A stretch of DNA of 59,846 nucleotides, filler included, from Malassezia furfur (lineage: Eukaryota), in NCBI GenBank assembly GCA_052055015.1. It is 4 parts of 4 records of this genome, joined end to end, with 100 filler letters (N's around TTAATTAATTAA, not from the genome) between each part and the next. Parts side by side here need not be neighbours in the genome. Positions count along the whole stretch, not along the records: positions 1 to 15,007 come from JBQJIT010000279.1; 3 more parts are not named here. One strand, given 5' to 3'. Below, piece by piece: positions 1 through 10,798 of this stretch; position 1 is the stretch's first letter, and every line of letters starts with the position of its first letter. Made by a program: the position numbers and the translations under genes. The notes beneath the pieces were generated by a model. The model saw only the letters and a program-made list of their open reading frames with translations. It did no database searches and was not told the origin of the DNA.

Positions 1-1132
1 GGTGGACATAGTCCTCCCACGCCGCCGGCACGTCCCAGTTCACCACCATCTCGACATCCGGAATGTCCAGCCCACGGCTGCCCACATCCGTCGAAATGAG
101 CACCGGCACGCGCCGCGCACGGAAGGCCTGCAGATGGTCCAGCCGCTTGGACTGCGGCAAAAGCGAATGCAGCGACACATTCTCGACCCCCAGCTCGGTC
201 AGCATGCGCGACAGCAGCTCAGCCGTCTCGCAACGCGCCGCAAACACGATCGTGAGCGGCACGGACGGCTCAGCGGGGGGCGCCTCGCGCGGCGCATTCC
301 GTGCGCCTTTGCGGTACACCGCCGGCAGCTCGGCGGCGCGCGACGGCGCAGCGCGGCACGGCGCATGGTGCAGCAGGTAGTACAGGTAGGGCTCGCGCAC
401 GTGCGATGGCACAAATACGTACTGCTGCGTCAACGTCGCCGGCGTGCTCGTCGCCATCTCGATTTTGCGCAACAGCGGCGGAAGTTTGCCGGCCTCGGGC
501 TTCTTTTGCGTAAGCTTTTCAATCTCGGGCGTGAGCGTCGCGGTAAAGAGCAGCGTCTGCCGCATGCGCGCGGGCGGAAGAATGGAGAAGAGGTAGGCCA
601 GCTCGTTGGCGAACGTCGGCGACAGCAACCGATCGGCCTCGTCCAGCACAACAAACTTGCAGCGCTCCAGACCCCACTCTTGGGCACCGCCGGAGCGCAG
701 CAAATCCACCAGCCGCCCGGGCGTCGCAACGATCAGGTGGGGACGCTGCCCGGCAAGCTCAGTGGCCTGCTTCATCATGTCCATCCCGCCGAGCACCAGC
801 GCACATTTGAGGCCCATGCGGCTGCCCTGGCCGACCGCGAGGAACTGCTCATGGAGCTGGACCGCGAGCTCTCGCGTAGGCGTGAGAATCACCCCGAAGC
901 CGCCCACCATGTCGCGGCGCAGCTCGTTCAGGATAGGCAGCGCAAACGCCAGCGTCTTGCCGGACCCGGTTTCGGCGCCGCCAATCACGTCGCGGCCTTC
1001 GAGGATGGCAGGGATCGTCGCGGCTTGAATGGGCGTCGGCACCGTAATGGACAGCATCTTGAGTGCGCGCACAAGCGGCTGGGAGATACCTAGCGCCGCA
1101 AAGCTCGACACGCTGCGCGCCTCCTCCGACAT
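1..1132 (-). CDS. DBP8: DEAD-box RNA helicase DBP8-like (3' end outside the window)
   Basis: Manual minus-strand translation from ATG 1132: MSEEARSVSSFAALGIS...PTPIQ...AETGSGKT...PTRELA...TPGRL...LDEAD...TAT...RGLDIP...DYVH. Not in the ORF track because it is open at the window edge. Confidence 0.85.
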   Translation of the reverse strand, partial: MSEEARSVSSFAALGISQPLVRALKMLSITVPTPIQAATIPAILEGRDVIGGAETGSGKTLAFALPILNELRRDMVGGFGVILTPTRELAVQLHEQFLAVGQGSRMGLKCALVLGGMDMMKQATELAGQRPHLIVATPGRLVDLLRSGGAQEWGLERCKFVVLDEADRLLSPTFANELAYLFSILPPARMRQTLLFTATLTPEIEKLTQKKPEAGKLPPLLRKIEMATSTPATLTQQYVFVPSHVREPYLYYLLHHAPCRAAPSRAAELPAVYRKGARNAPREAPPAEPSVPLTIVFAARCETAELLSRMLTELGVENVSLHSLLPQSKRLDHLQAFRARRVPVLISTDVGSRGLDIPDVEMVVNWDVPAAWEDYVH

Positions 1133-1208
1133 GGCTCGCAAGGCACACACTGCGTCCAAAAAAAAAGGGGCGTCACGTGGAGGTGGGGGGCATCGCTCCT
1201 ACTCCAAC

Positions 1209-1669
1209 ATGGCGGGGTCGGAGTTGTATGCGGTGGCGTACGTGTCGCAACTGACCCAGTGACTTTTGTCGTACGCATGCCCCTCTCACGCAGTGATTCC
1301 GATGGGCACGGGCACAACGTCCGTCGGGAAGTACATTGCCGAGTGCCAGCGCGTGCTGGAGGGCATGAAGGACGAGGGGATTGTGTATGAGGTACGTGCA
1401 CGCGCTCACCCAGATGCAGTAGGTCCTACTCAGCTCACCACAGCGGCTACGGAACGAACCTCGAAGGACCTATCTCTGTCGTGCACCTCGCGATCCAGCG
1501 GTGTCACGAGGCGGTGCACGCGATGGGCGTCGAGCGCATCGCGACGGATATCCGCCTGGGCACGCGCACCGACAAGCCCACGAACGAGACATGGGCCGAG
1601 GGACTCACCGAGAACCGGCGCAAGCGCGAAAGTGTGCTCCGCCGCCTGGATGGCAAGGATGCCGCGTAA
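1209..1669 (+). CDS. ECM15: Thiamine-binding protein family (UPF0045, ECM15-like), 5 exons
   Basis: Removing GT-AG introns 1238-1259, 1271-1293, 1392-1413 and 1419-1443 gives MAGSELYAVADFCLIPMGTGTTSVGKYIAECQRVLEGMKDEGIVYEMHGYGTNLEGP...CHEAVHAMGVERIATDIRLGTRTDK, the family signature. Confidence 0.85.
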
Positions 1670-1925
1670 GCGGGAAAGTAGCCAACTCGTAGCCAAACGG
1701 CGCAGGTTCGCGCCCGCAACTCTACAGCATCGCGCCTGCGACTGGAAACCATGCATGTGCTCCACGTACCTTGCTGGCGTTGACATGGCGACGCGCTGGG
1801 TGCTCAGCAGGGCGCCGGGCTGGCTTGCCACCGACGCACGGACCTTCTTCCAAGTGCTGGGGCGTAGTGGAGAATTTGTCCATTTCTTCCGAGTCACCCG
1901 ATAAGCTCGCCGTGCTCCGACCATC

Positions 1926-3392
1926 ATGATCTTCCGTCTGCAGGGTGCCTGCGCACGGGCGCTGCGGTCCAGCCGCACGCCCGGGCTCATGCGTAGCTTC
2001 CAGTCGACACAGAACTTGGAGCCGTGCACGGAGTACGTCACTCCGACGCACCCCGACTTTTCCGACCCCGCACCGAACACCAGCGTCGCTGAAGAACTGC
2101 GCGACTTTTCGGAGACGACGCTCGGCACGTACAAGCGGCCGGACCTCGTGTTCTCCTACGGCAAGGGGCTTGACCTCTATGCTGAGATGCCGACGGCGCG
2201 CAACCAGGAGAAGCAGTACCGCCGGTACCTCGACTTTACCGCGGGCATCGCCGTCAACTCGCTCGGGCACGCCGATCCGCAGGTCGCGCGCATTGCAGGC
2301 GAGCAGGCTGCGCGGCTGGTGCACTGCAGCAACCTGTACTACAACGAGTGGAGCGGCAAGATGGTCAGCCGTCTGGTCGAGATGACCTACGCGCACGGCG
2401 GGCTGGGCGAGCACCCCGGGGCGCTCATGGCGCCCGAGGGCCCGCACCTCAAGGCGTTTGTGGCCAACAGCGGCACGGAGGCGAACGAGGCGGCGCTCAA
2501 GTTTGCGCGCAAGGCGGCGGCTGTGTATGCCAACGGCGCGCACCGCAAGACGGGGCTCGTGTGCTTCCGCAACGCCTTCCACGGCCGCTCGATGGGCGCC
2601 CTGTCGGTCACGCCGAATCCCAAGTACCAGGAGGTGTTCCAGCCGCTCGTGGGCAATGTGCGCGTCGGCGACCTGAACAAGATCGAGGGACTCGACACGC
2701 TCATCACCGAGGACGTCGCGGGCGTCATCCTCGAGCCGATCCAGGGCGAGGGCGGCGTGCTGCCCGCCGATGTTGCGTTCCTGCAGGCGGTGCGCCGCCG
2801 TTGCGACGAGGTCGGCGCCGTGCTCATCTACGACGAGATCCAGTGTGGCCTGTTCCGCACAGGCACGATGTGGTGCCACTCGGAGCTGCCGCTCGACGCC
2901 CACCCCGACATGGTGACGATGGCCAAGCCGCTCGCCAATGGCTTCCCGATTGGCGCGGTGCTCATGCGCCCGCGCGTTGCCGATGCGATTGTCGTGGGCG
3001 ACCACGGCACGACGTTCGGCGGCGGCCCGCTCGTGTGCCGCATTGCGCACTACGTGCTCGGCCGCCTGGCGGAGGATGCGCTGCGCCAGAACATCGCGGC
3101 GCGCTCCACGCAGCTGTTCGAGCGCCTCAGCTTGATCCGCGACATGTTTGGCGACCTCGTGCACGAGAGCGGTGCGCGTGGCCGCGGCCTGCTCGTTGGC
3201 CTGCCGATGAAGAAGGCGGCGCATGCGAGCGAGGTCGTGGCGCTCGCGCGCCAGCGTGGCGTGCTGCTCCTCTCGGCGGGGAGCGACACACTGCGCTTTG
3301 TGCCGAGTTTGACCGCGTCGCAGGCCGAGGTCGACGAGGCGATGGACGTGCTCGAGAGCTGTCTGGTCGTGGTGCGCGAGGGCGCCAAGTAG
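1926..3392 (+). CDS. ARG8: Acetylornithine aminotransferase, mitochondrial
   Basis: YLDFTAGIAVNSLGH, NSGTEANEAALKFARK, FHGRSMG, EPIQGEGG, DEIQCGLFRTG, PLP lysine in MAKPLANGFPIGA; Arg-rich presequence. Confidence 0.93.
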   Translation: MIFRLQGACARALRSSRTPGLMRSFQSTQNLEPCTEYVTPTHPDFSDPAPNTSVAEELRDFSETTLGTYKRPDLVFSYGKGLDLYAEMPTARNQEKQYRRYLDFTAGIAVNSLGHADPQVARIAGEQAARLVHCSNLYYNEWSGKMVSRLVEMTYAHGGLGEHPGALMAPEGPHLKAFVANSGTEANEAALKFARKAAAVYANGAHRKTGLVCFRNAFHGRSMGALSVTPNPKYQEVFQPLVGNVRVGDLNKIEGLDTLITEDVAGVILEPIQGEGGVLPADVAFLQAVRRRCDEVGAVLIYDEIQCGLFRTGTMWCHSELPLDAHPDMVTMAKPLANGFPIGAVLMRPRVADAIVVGDHGTTFGGGPLVCRIAHYVLGRLAEDALRQNIAARSTQLFERLSLIRDMFGDLVHESGARGRGLLVGLPMKKAAHASEVVALARQRGVLLLSAGSDTLRFVPSLTASQAEVDEAMDVLESCLVVVREGAK

Positions 3393-3405
3393 TCGTCTAC
3401 AGCAA

Positions 3406-4203
3406 CTAGCTCTCCTCGAGGATGGCCTCGTTGAGTTCCGCCAGGGGGATCATCTCCTTGGGATCGATGAGGTGGTATTCGGTGACAAACAACAAAAAGT
3501 GGCGGTAGGAGGTGTTGAGGTGCACCTCGAGGCGCAGCGCACAGATCTGCGCAAAGTGGTGGTTGTAGATGTGCGCGTACACCCGGAAGATGCGCCGCAG
3601 GATCATCTTCACCCGGTCCACAAAGTTCGGCGGGAAGGGCGCCTCGGGCGTCACGGGGAACAGCGCGGGGTCGTCGATCTGGGCCTGCGTCCAGTTGAGC
3701 AGGCAGTCGATGTAGTCCGGCGCGGACAGCCGCGTCGAGCGGCGGTACTTGACCGAGTTCGAGTCCTGCCAGTGGTACTCGAAGCGCGGGCCCGCGCACA
3801 TCACGGGGCACTGCAGGGGTTAGTCGCGCGCACAAAAGCCGCATGCGTACCTCGCGCTGGGTGCACTGCGCGTCAGCCTAGCGGGGGACGTACAAATTCC
3901 GTAATGGTGCCATACAGGATATTCAGGTGGTTGAAAAAGTCGACAGCTGCGTTCAGCACACGCGCACATACTGTGCACCGCGATCCATTCCTCGAGGCGC
4001 TCGCCCTCGGGCATACGCACGGCGACGCTCAGGTTGCCGCTGCCGAGCGTCGACTCGGCAAGCTTCTTGAGCTGGCTGCGGTGAGCGCGTGCGCGACGTA
4101 CAATCCACGACTCGCCTCGGGCGCCGCCATACGCGGCGGCGGGAAGTTGGACGGACGCGCCATTCTGCATCAGCGCGCACACCTACCCAAGCATCGACGT
4201 CAT
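3406..4203 (-). CDS. MOB1: MOB kinase activator MOB1, 6 exons
   Basis: Introns 4165-4186, 4076-4101, 3947-3971, 3866-3893, 3811-3850 give ...QLKKLAESTLGSGNL...[43 protein letters not shown]...LRRIFRVYAHIYNHHF. Confidence 0.92.
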
Positions 4204-4282
4204 GCTCGCAAACACCGAAGCGCACCAACACTCGCCGCCTCCACCCGCCCCCCGACGCGTTGCATCACGTGATCCTACCACC

Positions 4283-6135
4283 ATGCGGGACGAGCGCCGG
4301 AGCCTGGAGGACGACGGCGCCGAGGAGCAGCACCTCATGTACGTGCCCGCTGCTCACACAGCGTCCACCAGATTGATGCGGACGACTACGGCCGGCCCGT
4401 ACTGCACTCGGTGCCGAGCGAGGCGGCGCACACCGACCGCCCGTACGCCGACGAGTCGACCGAGCTCAAGGCGCCCCCCGCGGCGCTCGACGATCACGAC
4501 GACGATCTCGACAAGACGGGGCGCCCCGCGTGGCTGACGCAGCTGCGCCTTGATGCGCTTCCGCGCGAGCTCCGCCGGCCCGCGATGGCCGCGGGCGCCG
4601 TCGCGTTGGTGCTGCTGTTGTTCGGCGTGTTTTACTTTGCGATCGGGCCGCGCCCGGCGCAGGAGGCGGCGCCGCCGGCGCACGGCGCCCCTCACGCGGC
4701 GAACGTGCCCGTGTGGGATGCGGCGCACGCCAAGCCGTCGCTCGGGACCAACATCGGGTACCCCGGCTCGTACAAGACGGGCGTGCCGCCCGAGTATGCC
4801 GAGGAGATGGTGCCCGTGTCGCGCACGCGCGGCGTGTCGCCGATCCAGACGGGCGTGCCGGGCTTCGGCGCCAAGTTTAACCCGTTCAAGCACATGGGGC
4901 CGCTGTCGCCCTACTTTTCTGCGTCGTTCGGCGTGGACAACGCCAAGCACCTCGCGACGCCGACGGGCGCCAACGGGACGTGTGCCTTGACGCAGGTGCA
5001 CATCCTGCACCGCCACGGCGCGCGCTACCCCACGGGCGGCGCGCCGACCGAGCGCGTGCGCGACCTCGTCCAGACGCCGGGCGCGAGGTTCACTGGGCCG
5101 CTCACCTTCCTCAACACGTACGAATACCGCGTCGGCGCCGAGCTGCTCGTCCCGCTGGGGCGGCAGCAGCTGCACATGTCCGGCGTCAAGTCGGCGATCG
5201 ACTACGGCCACCTCGTCGAGCGCGATCTGGCGCGCGGCAAGAAGCTGTTTGTGCGCACGGGCAGCCAGCAGCGCATCGTCGACAGTGCGCTGGCGTGGAC
5301 GGCCGGCTTCTTTGGCAACGACTGGCTCAGCAAGACCGACTTCGAGGTGCAGATCGAGGCGCCGCACTTCAACACGACCCTCGCGCCCAACTTTGCGTGC
5401 AGCGCCGCGGCAGACAACTTCCGCGTGCAGGACTACGTGGAAAAGTATCTGGCGCGCACCACCGCCCGGCTCGCCGCGCACGTACACGGCGCGGAGCTCT
5501 CGGCACAGACCGTGCACGGCATGCAGCAGCTGTGTGCGTACGACACGGTGGCGTTCGGCCAGAGTGCGTTCTGCGCGCTGTTCACCGAGGAGGACTGGCG
5601 CGGCTTTGAGTATGCGTGGGACCAGCGCTTCTTCTACGACTACGGCCCGGGCGCCGCCGCGGGGCCGGCGATGGGCCTCGGGTGGGTGAACGAGATGGTG
5701 AGCCGCCTGACGCGCACGCCGTGGGACCGCGCGACGCAGACCTCGGAGAACGCCACGTTCAACACCGATCCGCACCTCTTCCCCATCGACCGTGCGGTGT
5801 ACGCCGACTTTACGCACGACTCGGTGCTGACGAGCGTCATCGCCACGCTCGGCCTGCGCGAGCTCGCCAAGCCGCCGCGCATCGACGACACGCAGCGCGC
5901 CTTCCGCACGTCGCACGTCGTGCCGTTCTCGGCGCGCCTCATCCTCGAGACGTTTGCGTGCGGCGCCACGGAGCACGACACGCTCGTGCGCCTGCGCCTC
6001 AACGATGCCATCGTGCCGCTCGGGCAGATGGACCAGTGCGACACGCGCAACGACGGGCTGTGCCCGCTCGACCAGTTCCTCGCGTCGCTCGCGAAGCGCA
6101 ACGAGCAGGGGTGGTGGGACAAGTGCCAGGCATAG
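4283..6135 (+). CDS. Histidine acid phosphatase/phytase family, membrane-anchored
   Basis: RHGARYP and THD catalytic motifs; hydrophobic segment AVALVLLLFGVFYFAI near the N-terminus; 23-nt intron 4339-4361 joins ATG 4283 to the long ORF. Confidence 0.88.
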
Positions 6136-6147
6136 CATAGCTTCTAT

Positions 6148-7783
6148 TTAACGTGTCCATCCATTGTACAACCCAATATCCTCGGCGCCGTTCATCGGGC
6201 CGCTGCAGCTCGTCACCGTCTCGGCCTCGGGCTGTGCGGCGTTCGCAAGGTTCTGCGCGGCCTTCTTCACCTTGTCGTTGCCGGCACGCACCTGCTCGAG
6301 GCGGCGCAGGAACGCCTCGTCGACGTCGCCCGTGACGTACTCGCCGTTGAACACGGAGCAGTCAAACTTGGTGATCGCGGGGTTCAGGCCGCGCACGCAC
6401 GCAATCAGCTCTTCCAGCGTCTGGTACACCACCGCATCCGCCTGGATCGTCTGCGCCACCTCGGCAATCGACCGGTTGTGCGCCACCAGCTCGGTGCGGC
6501 TCGGCATGTCGATCCCATACACGTTCGAGAAGCGGATCGGCGGCGCACAGCTCGCCATAAACACCTTCTTGGCACCCGCGTCACGCGCCATCTGGATGAT
6601 CTCGAGCGAGGTGGTGCCGCGCACAATGCTGTCGTCCACCAGCAGCACATTCTTCCCGCTGAACTCGAGCGCCATCGCATTCAGCTTCCGGCGCACATTC
6701 TTCCGGCGCACGTTCTGGCCGGGCATGATAAACGTCCGGCCCACGTACCGGTTCTTCACAAAGCCCTCCCGGTACGGAATGTGCAGGCACTGCGCCAGCT
6801 GCAGCGCCGCCACACGGCTCGTGTCGGGCACGGGGATCACCACATCGATCCGCTCGCCCGCGTCCAGCAGCTCGCGCTTCACCTGCGCGGCCAAGCGGTC
6901 GCCCATCGCCATCCGGCTCCGGTACACACTCACCCCGTCGATCACACTGTCGGGGCGCGCAAAGTACACGTACTCAAAAATGTCCGGCGTAAAGGTATTT
7001 GGCGCGGGCACCGTCACCAGCGTCCGGCGCATCTGGCTCGTCTTGGTCACAATCACCGCCTCGCCGGGCCCCAGGTCGGCAAACTGCTCAAAGTTGAGCG
7101 CATCGCCCACCACGCTCTCGCTCGCAAAGCAGTAGTCCAGCGAGCCCTCGGGGCCCTGCTCGGCACGCCGCACACTCATCCCCAGCGGGCGGATGCCGTG
7201 GGGGTCGCGGAACGCAATGATGCCAAACCCGGCAAGCATCGCAACACACGCATAGCCGCCCTTCGCCTGCTGCATCAGGCGCTGGATCGCGGTAAAGATG
7301 TCCTCCTCGTTGATACGGAACTTGCCCGTGCTCTGCAAATGGTACGCAAACAGGTTGAGCAGCAGCTCCGAGTCCGAGTCGGTGTTGATGTGCCGGTGCG
7401 CCTCCGAGTCGAGCAGCTTGCGCAGCTCGTCCTGGTTCACCGTGTTGCCGTTGTGCGCAAACACAATGCCGTAGGGGCTGTTGACATAGAACGGCTGCGC
7501 CTCGCTGTGTGCAAACGAGCCCGCCGTGGGATAGCGCACTGCGTTAGCATTCCTTCCACCTACCATGTCCAACACCCATAGAGCCCTGCAGCGTGGCAAG
7601 GTTGTGTGGCTCAAACACGTCGCGCACCATGCCGTTCGCCTTGCACTGGTAAAAGCGGCCGCCCTTGCCGCACGTCACGATGCCCGCGGCGTCCTGGCCG
7701 CGGTGCTGCAGCAAACCCAAACCCTCGTGCAGCTCGCTGGCCACATGCCCTTGCTGGAGCAGCACGGCAATGATCCCACACAT
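6148..7783 (-). CDS. ADE4: Amidophosphoribosyltransferase
   Basis: N-terminal MCGI (catalytic Cys), LQHRGQDAAGI, GH|VRYPTAGS joined over 25-nt intron 7539-7563, FEYVYFARPDS, VDDSIVRGTT. Confidence 0.95.
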
Positions 7784-7916
7784 CTTCGCGGCCGCCCAAA
7801 AAAAGTCTAAGGGAAAGCGGGGGGGATTAAAGCGTCGTCAGCCGCCGCACCACTTTTTTTCGCCTTCTGCTTCGTGGCACGTGCCCCGCCACTTTTTTTG
7901 TCCCCCTTCTTCGAAG

Positions 7917-9034
7917 ATGAGCGAGCGCCCCACGCGCACGCGCACGCCCCCAGGATGGCTGCACTTTGCTGCAGGCGGGTATGTATGCACACGCTGACAC
8001 ACAGGGCGGGCGGCATGTGCGGCGCGATCATCACATCGCCTCTCGACGTCGTCAAGACACGCCTCCAGTCCGACTTGTACCGCCAGCGCGCAACTGTGCA
8101 GGTCCAGCGCACGGGCGCCACGGGCATCGTGCTCCGCGCAGGCATGCAGTTCGTCGACACGGCGCGCCTCCTGGCCGAGATCGCCCGGCGCGAGGGATCC
8201 GGCGCGCTGTTCAAGGGTCTCGGCCCCACGCTCGTCGGCGTCATCCCAGCACGGGCCATCAACTTCTATACCTACGGCAACGGCAAGCGCCTCATCGCCG
8301 ACCACCTCAACCACGGTAAGGAGTCGCCCGTGGTACACCTCGCCGCCGCGGCACTCGCGGGCGTCGTCACCGCCACGGCCACCAACCCGATCTGGGTCAT
8401 CAAGACACGCCTCCAACTCGAGTCGCAGCAGCACGAGGCGCGCTCGCTCGCAGCACGCGCCCAGGCCGTGGGTCAGCACCGCGGCGCACGCCCAATGCGC
8501 ACCACGGCGCCAGCGGGACAGACGCGCACGCTCTCCACCTCACCGCTGCGCGACAACCGCTTCTTCCAAGCCGCCCGGCCCCCCAAGCACCCGAGCACCA
8601 ACGCGCTGCGCCTCACGCTCAACATTGTGCGCACCGAGGGCATCCGCGGACTGTATCGCGGACTGAGCGCATCGTACCTGGGCGTGTCGGAAAGCACGAT
8701 CCAGTGGGTGCTGTACGAGCGCCTGAAGCGGTACAATACGCGCGCCAACGACGCGCCGCGCTGGGTGCACACGGTCGGCGCCGCAGGCACCGCCAAGCTC
8801 GTTGCGACCATCATCACGTACCCCCACGAGGTCGTGCGCACGCGGCTCCGGCAGCAGCCCGAGCAGGGTCACCTCAAATACCATGGCCTGCTCCGCACCT
8901 TCCAGCTCGTCTGGCGCGAAGAGGGGCTCGTTGGGCTTTATGGCGGCCTGAGCGCACACCTGATGCGCGTGATTCCCAATGCCATTGTCACCTTCTCGAT
9001 CTACGAGCTCGTCCTGATGCTCGGCGCGCGGTAA
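7917..9034 (+). CDS. RIM2: Mitochondrial carrier, RIM2-like pyrimidine nucleotide transporter
   Basis: Three carrier signatures (SPLDVVKTRLQ, NPIWVIKTRLQ, YPHEVVRTRLRQ), GVIPARAINFYTYGNGK; 26-nt intron 7979-8004. Confidence 0.88.
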
Positions 9035-9069
9035 TTTGTAGTTTAGGGTATATATAATCAGCGCCCGCG

Positions 9070-9570
9070 TCACGCATCGTTCTCGCCAAACACCAGCTCC
9101 TCGTCAAACAGCTCGATGAACTGCTCGTTCATCACCCGCACCTTGGGCCCCGCAAAGCGCCGGTACTCTTCGAGAATCGCGCTCAAATTCCACTTTTGCA
9201 GCTTGCGGAAGCACCCAATGACCGTGCCGGTGCGGTGCCGGCCCAGGTTGCACATCACCAGGCACGGGTACGTCTTGAACTGCACGAGCAGGTGCAGCGC
9301 CTGCAGCACGATCTCTTCGGTGATCGGGTCCCAGGCATTCGTGCTGTACAGCACGCCCAGGTGGTGCACCTCGATGTTCTGGTCCGCACAAAAGTGCTGG
9401 CTGCACGTCAGATCGTCCACCTACAATCCGATCTCGGGCTCCTCCGGCGCAAGCCAGATGACACTCTTCAGGCCCAGCTTCTCCAGAAACGGGAAATTGA
9501 GCTGGTCCGGCTGCCCGGAACGGTACAGACTCTCCTCGACCATCCCAAAGTTGGGCGGGGGGATGAGCAT
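9070..9570 (-). CDS. OCA1/SIW14-family atypical dual-specificity phosphatase
   Basis: [23 protein letters not shown]5R motif [18 protein letters not shown]; 24-nt intron 9401-9424. Confidence 0.88.
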
Positions 9571-9645
9571 CGTGGCCCAGGACGGACCTGGGCGCCTACA
9601 ACCTCCACATACTGTACACCGGCCGGCCACGGCCGCCTTGCCTAC

Positions 9646-10719
9646 CTACTCGCCGTACACCTCGGCACGCAGCGCCGTCACATCGTCCTCTTCCCACGCA
9701 TCGAGCGAGACGGCCTGCACCGCCTCGTCCATGTGCGCCTCATTTTTGGTGCCGCTCAGCACACACGTCCGTAGACCGGGGATGCCCAGGCCTTGGTGGA
9801 CAAACGCATACACCACCTGGGCGGGCGTCAAACTATGCTTGATCGCCAACACCGCGACCGTGTCGGAATTGAGCAGCCGCTGGTTGCCAGACAGCGTCCA
9901 GAACGGCTGGTAGGTCACGCCGCGCGGCGCTTCCACGTCAGTATGTGCCGGGGGTGGGAAGGTATTGGGCGACATTTGCGGCGAAAAGAGGGGCAGCAGC
10001 GACACATCGTGACCCGTCGAGGAGTGCCACCGGTTCTGCACAATGCTCGGCTTGATCCGCGCGAGCTGGAAGAGCGTCTGGAAAATCTGCGGGTCGTACA
10101 CATCTGGAGGTCAGTTTCGCCCCCGGGGCACCCAAACGTACTGCTCACACCAATCTGGCGCACAAGACCCGTGTCGACCAGTGCCTCGAGCACGCGCCAT
10201 GCCTCGAGCGTGCTTTGCAGCGTGGGCATCGGCGAGTGCAGCAGGTAGCTGTCAATGTACACCTGGTGCGCCGGCGGCGGCGCCGGGGCCTTGTCGCGAT
10301 TGCCGCGCGCAGTCACCGCATACTTGGCCACGAGCTCGGTTACCGATGGAATCGGCTGCTCGGGGTGCAGGTTGGGCGAGACTCGCCTGGAACGACGCAC
10401 ACACCTGCTCGGCGACCGGTGCGTGCACATCGTACGGCACATAACCCGTCGTATCCTGCCCCGACACGGGCGTAAACTTGGTCTGGAGCCACACGTCACC
10501 GCGCGCAAGCCCAAGCTGCGCACACGCCTGGTGCACGCCCTTGCCGACCAGATCTTCGCGGTAGTGCTTGCGCTGCGCAGCGGTGTCGACGCCACGGAAG
10601 CCCTGGAGAAAGGCGGTAAACACGAGATCCGCCGTGCGTGTATCCTTCCACGCGGTCCCATACAGGATTGCCGGCATGCTCTTCAGCGCCATGCTCCGCT
10701 CCGCCGCCCTGCCCGACAT
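9646..10719 (-). CDS. Aldo-keto reductase, with an apparent 1-nt frameshift near 10375
   Basis: YGTAWK, GFRGVDTAAQRKHY, LQTKFT in one frame; NLH...YIDSYLLHSP...LVRQIGVS|NVYD (38-nt intron 10104-10141), VQNRW, YQPFWTL in the next frame. Confidence 0.75.
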
Positions 10720-10798
10720 CGTAGGCGTGCCGAAGCGCGGATGACGTGCGCCCGTCCGTCCGTGCGAATGACGTGCTGCGTGTTAATGCTTACATAAT

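Noticed and set aside
1770..1796. Minus-strand MSTPAR followed by GTACGT, resembling the first exon of RAD6/UBC2
   Set aside because: No downstream UBC exons; the adjacent sequence is the ECM15-like gene on the other strand.
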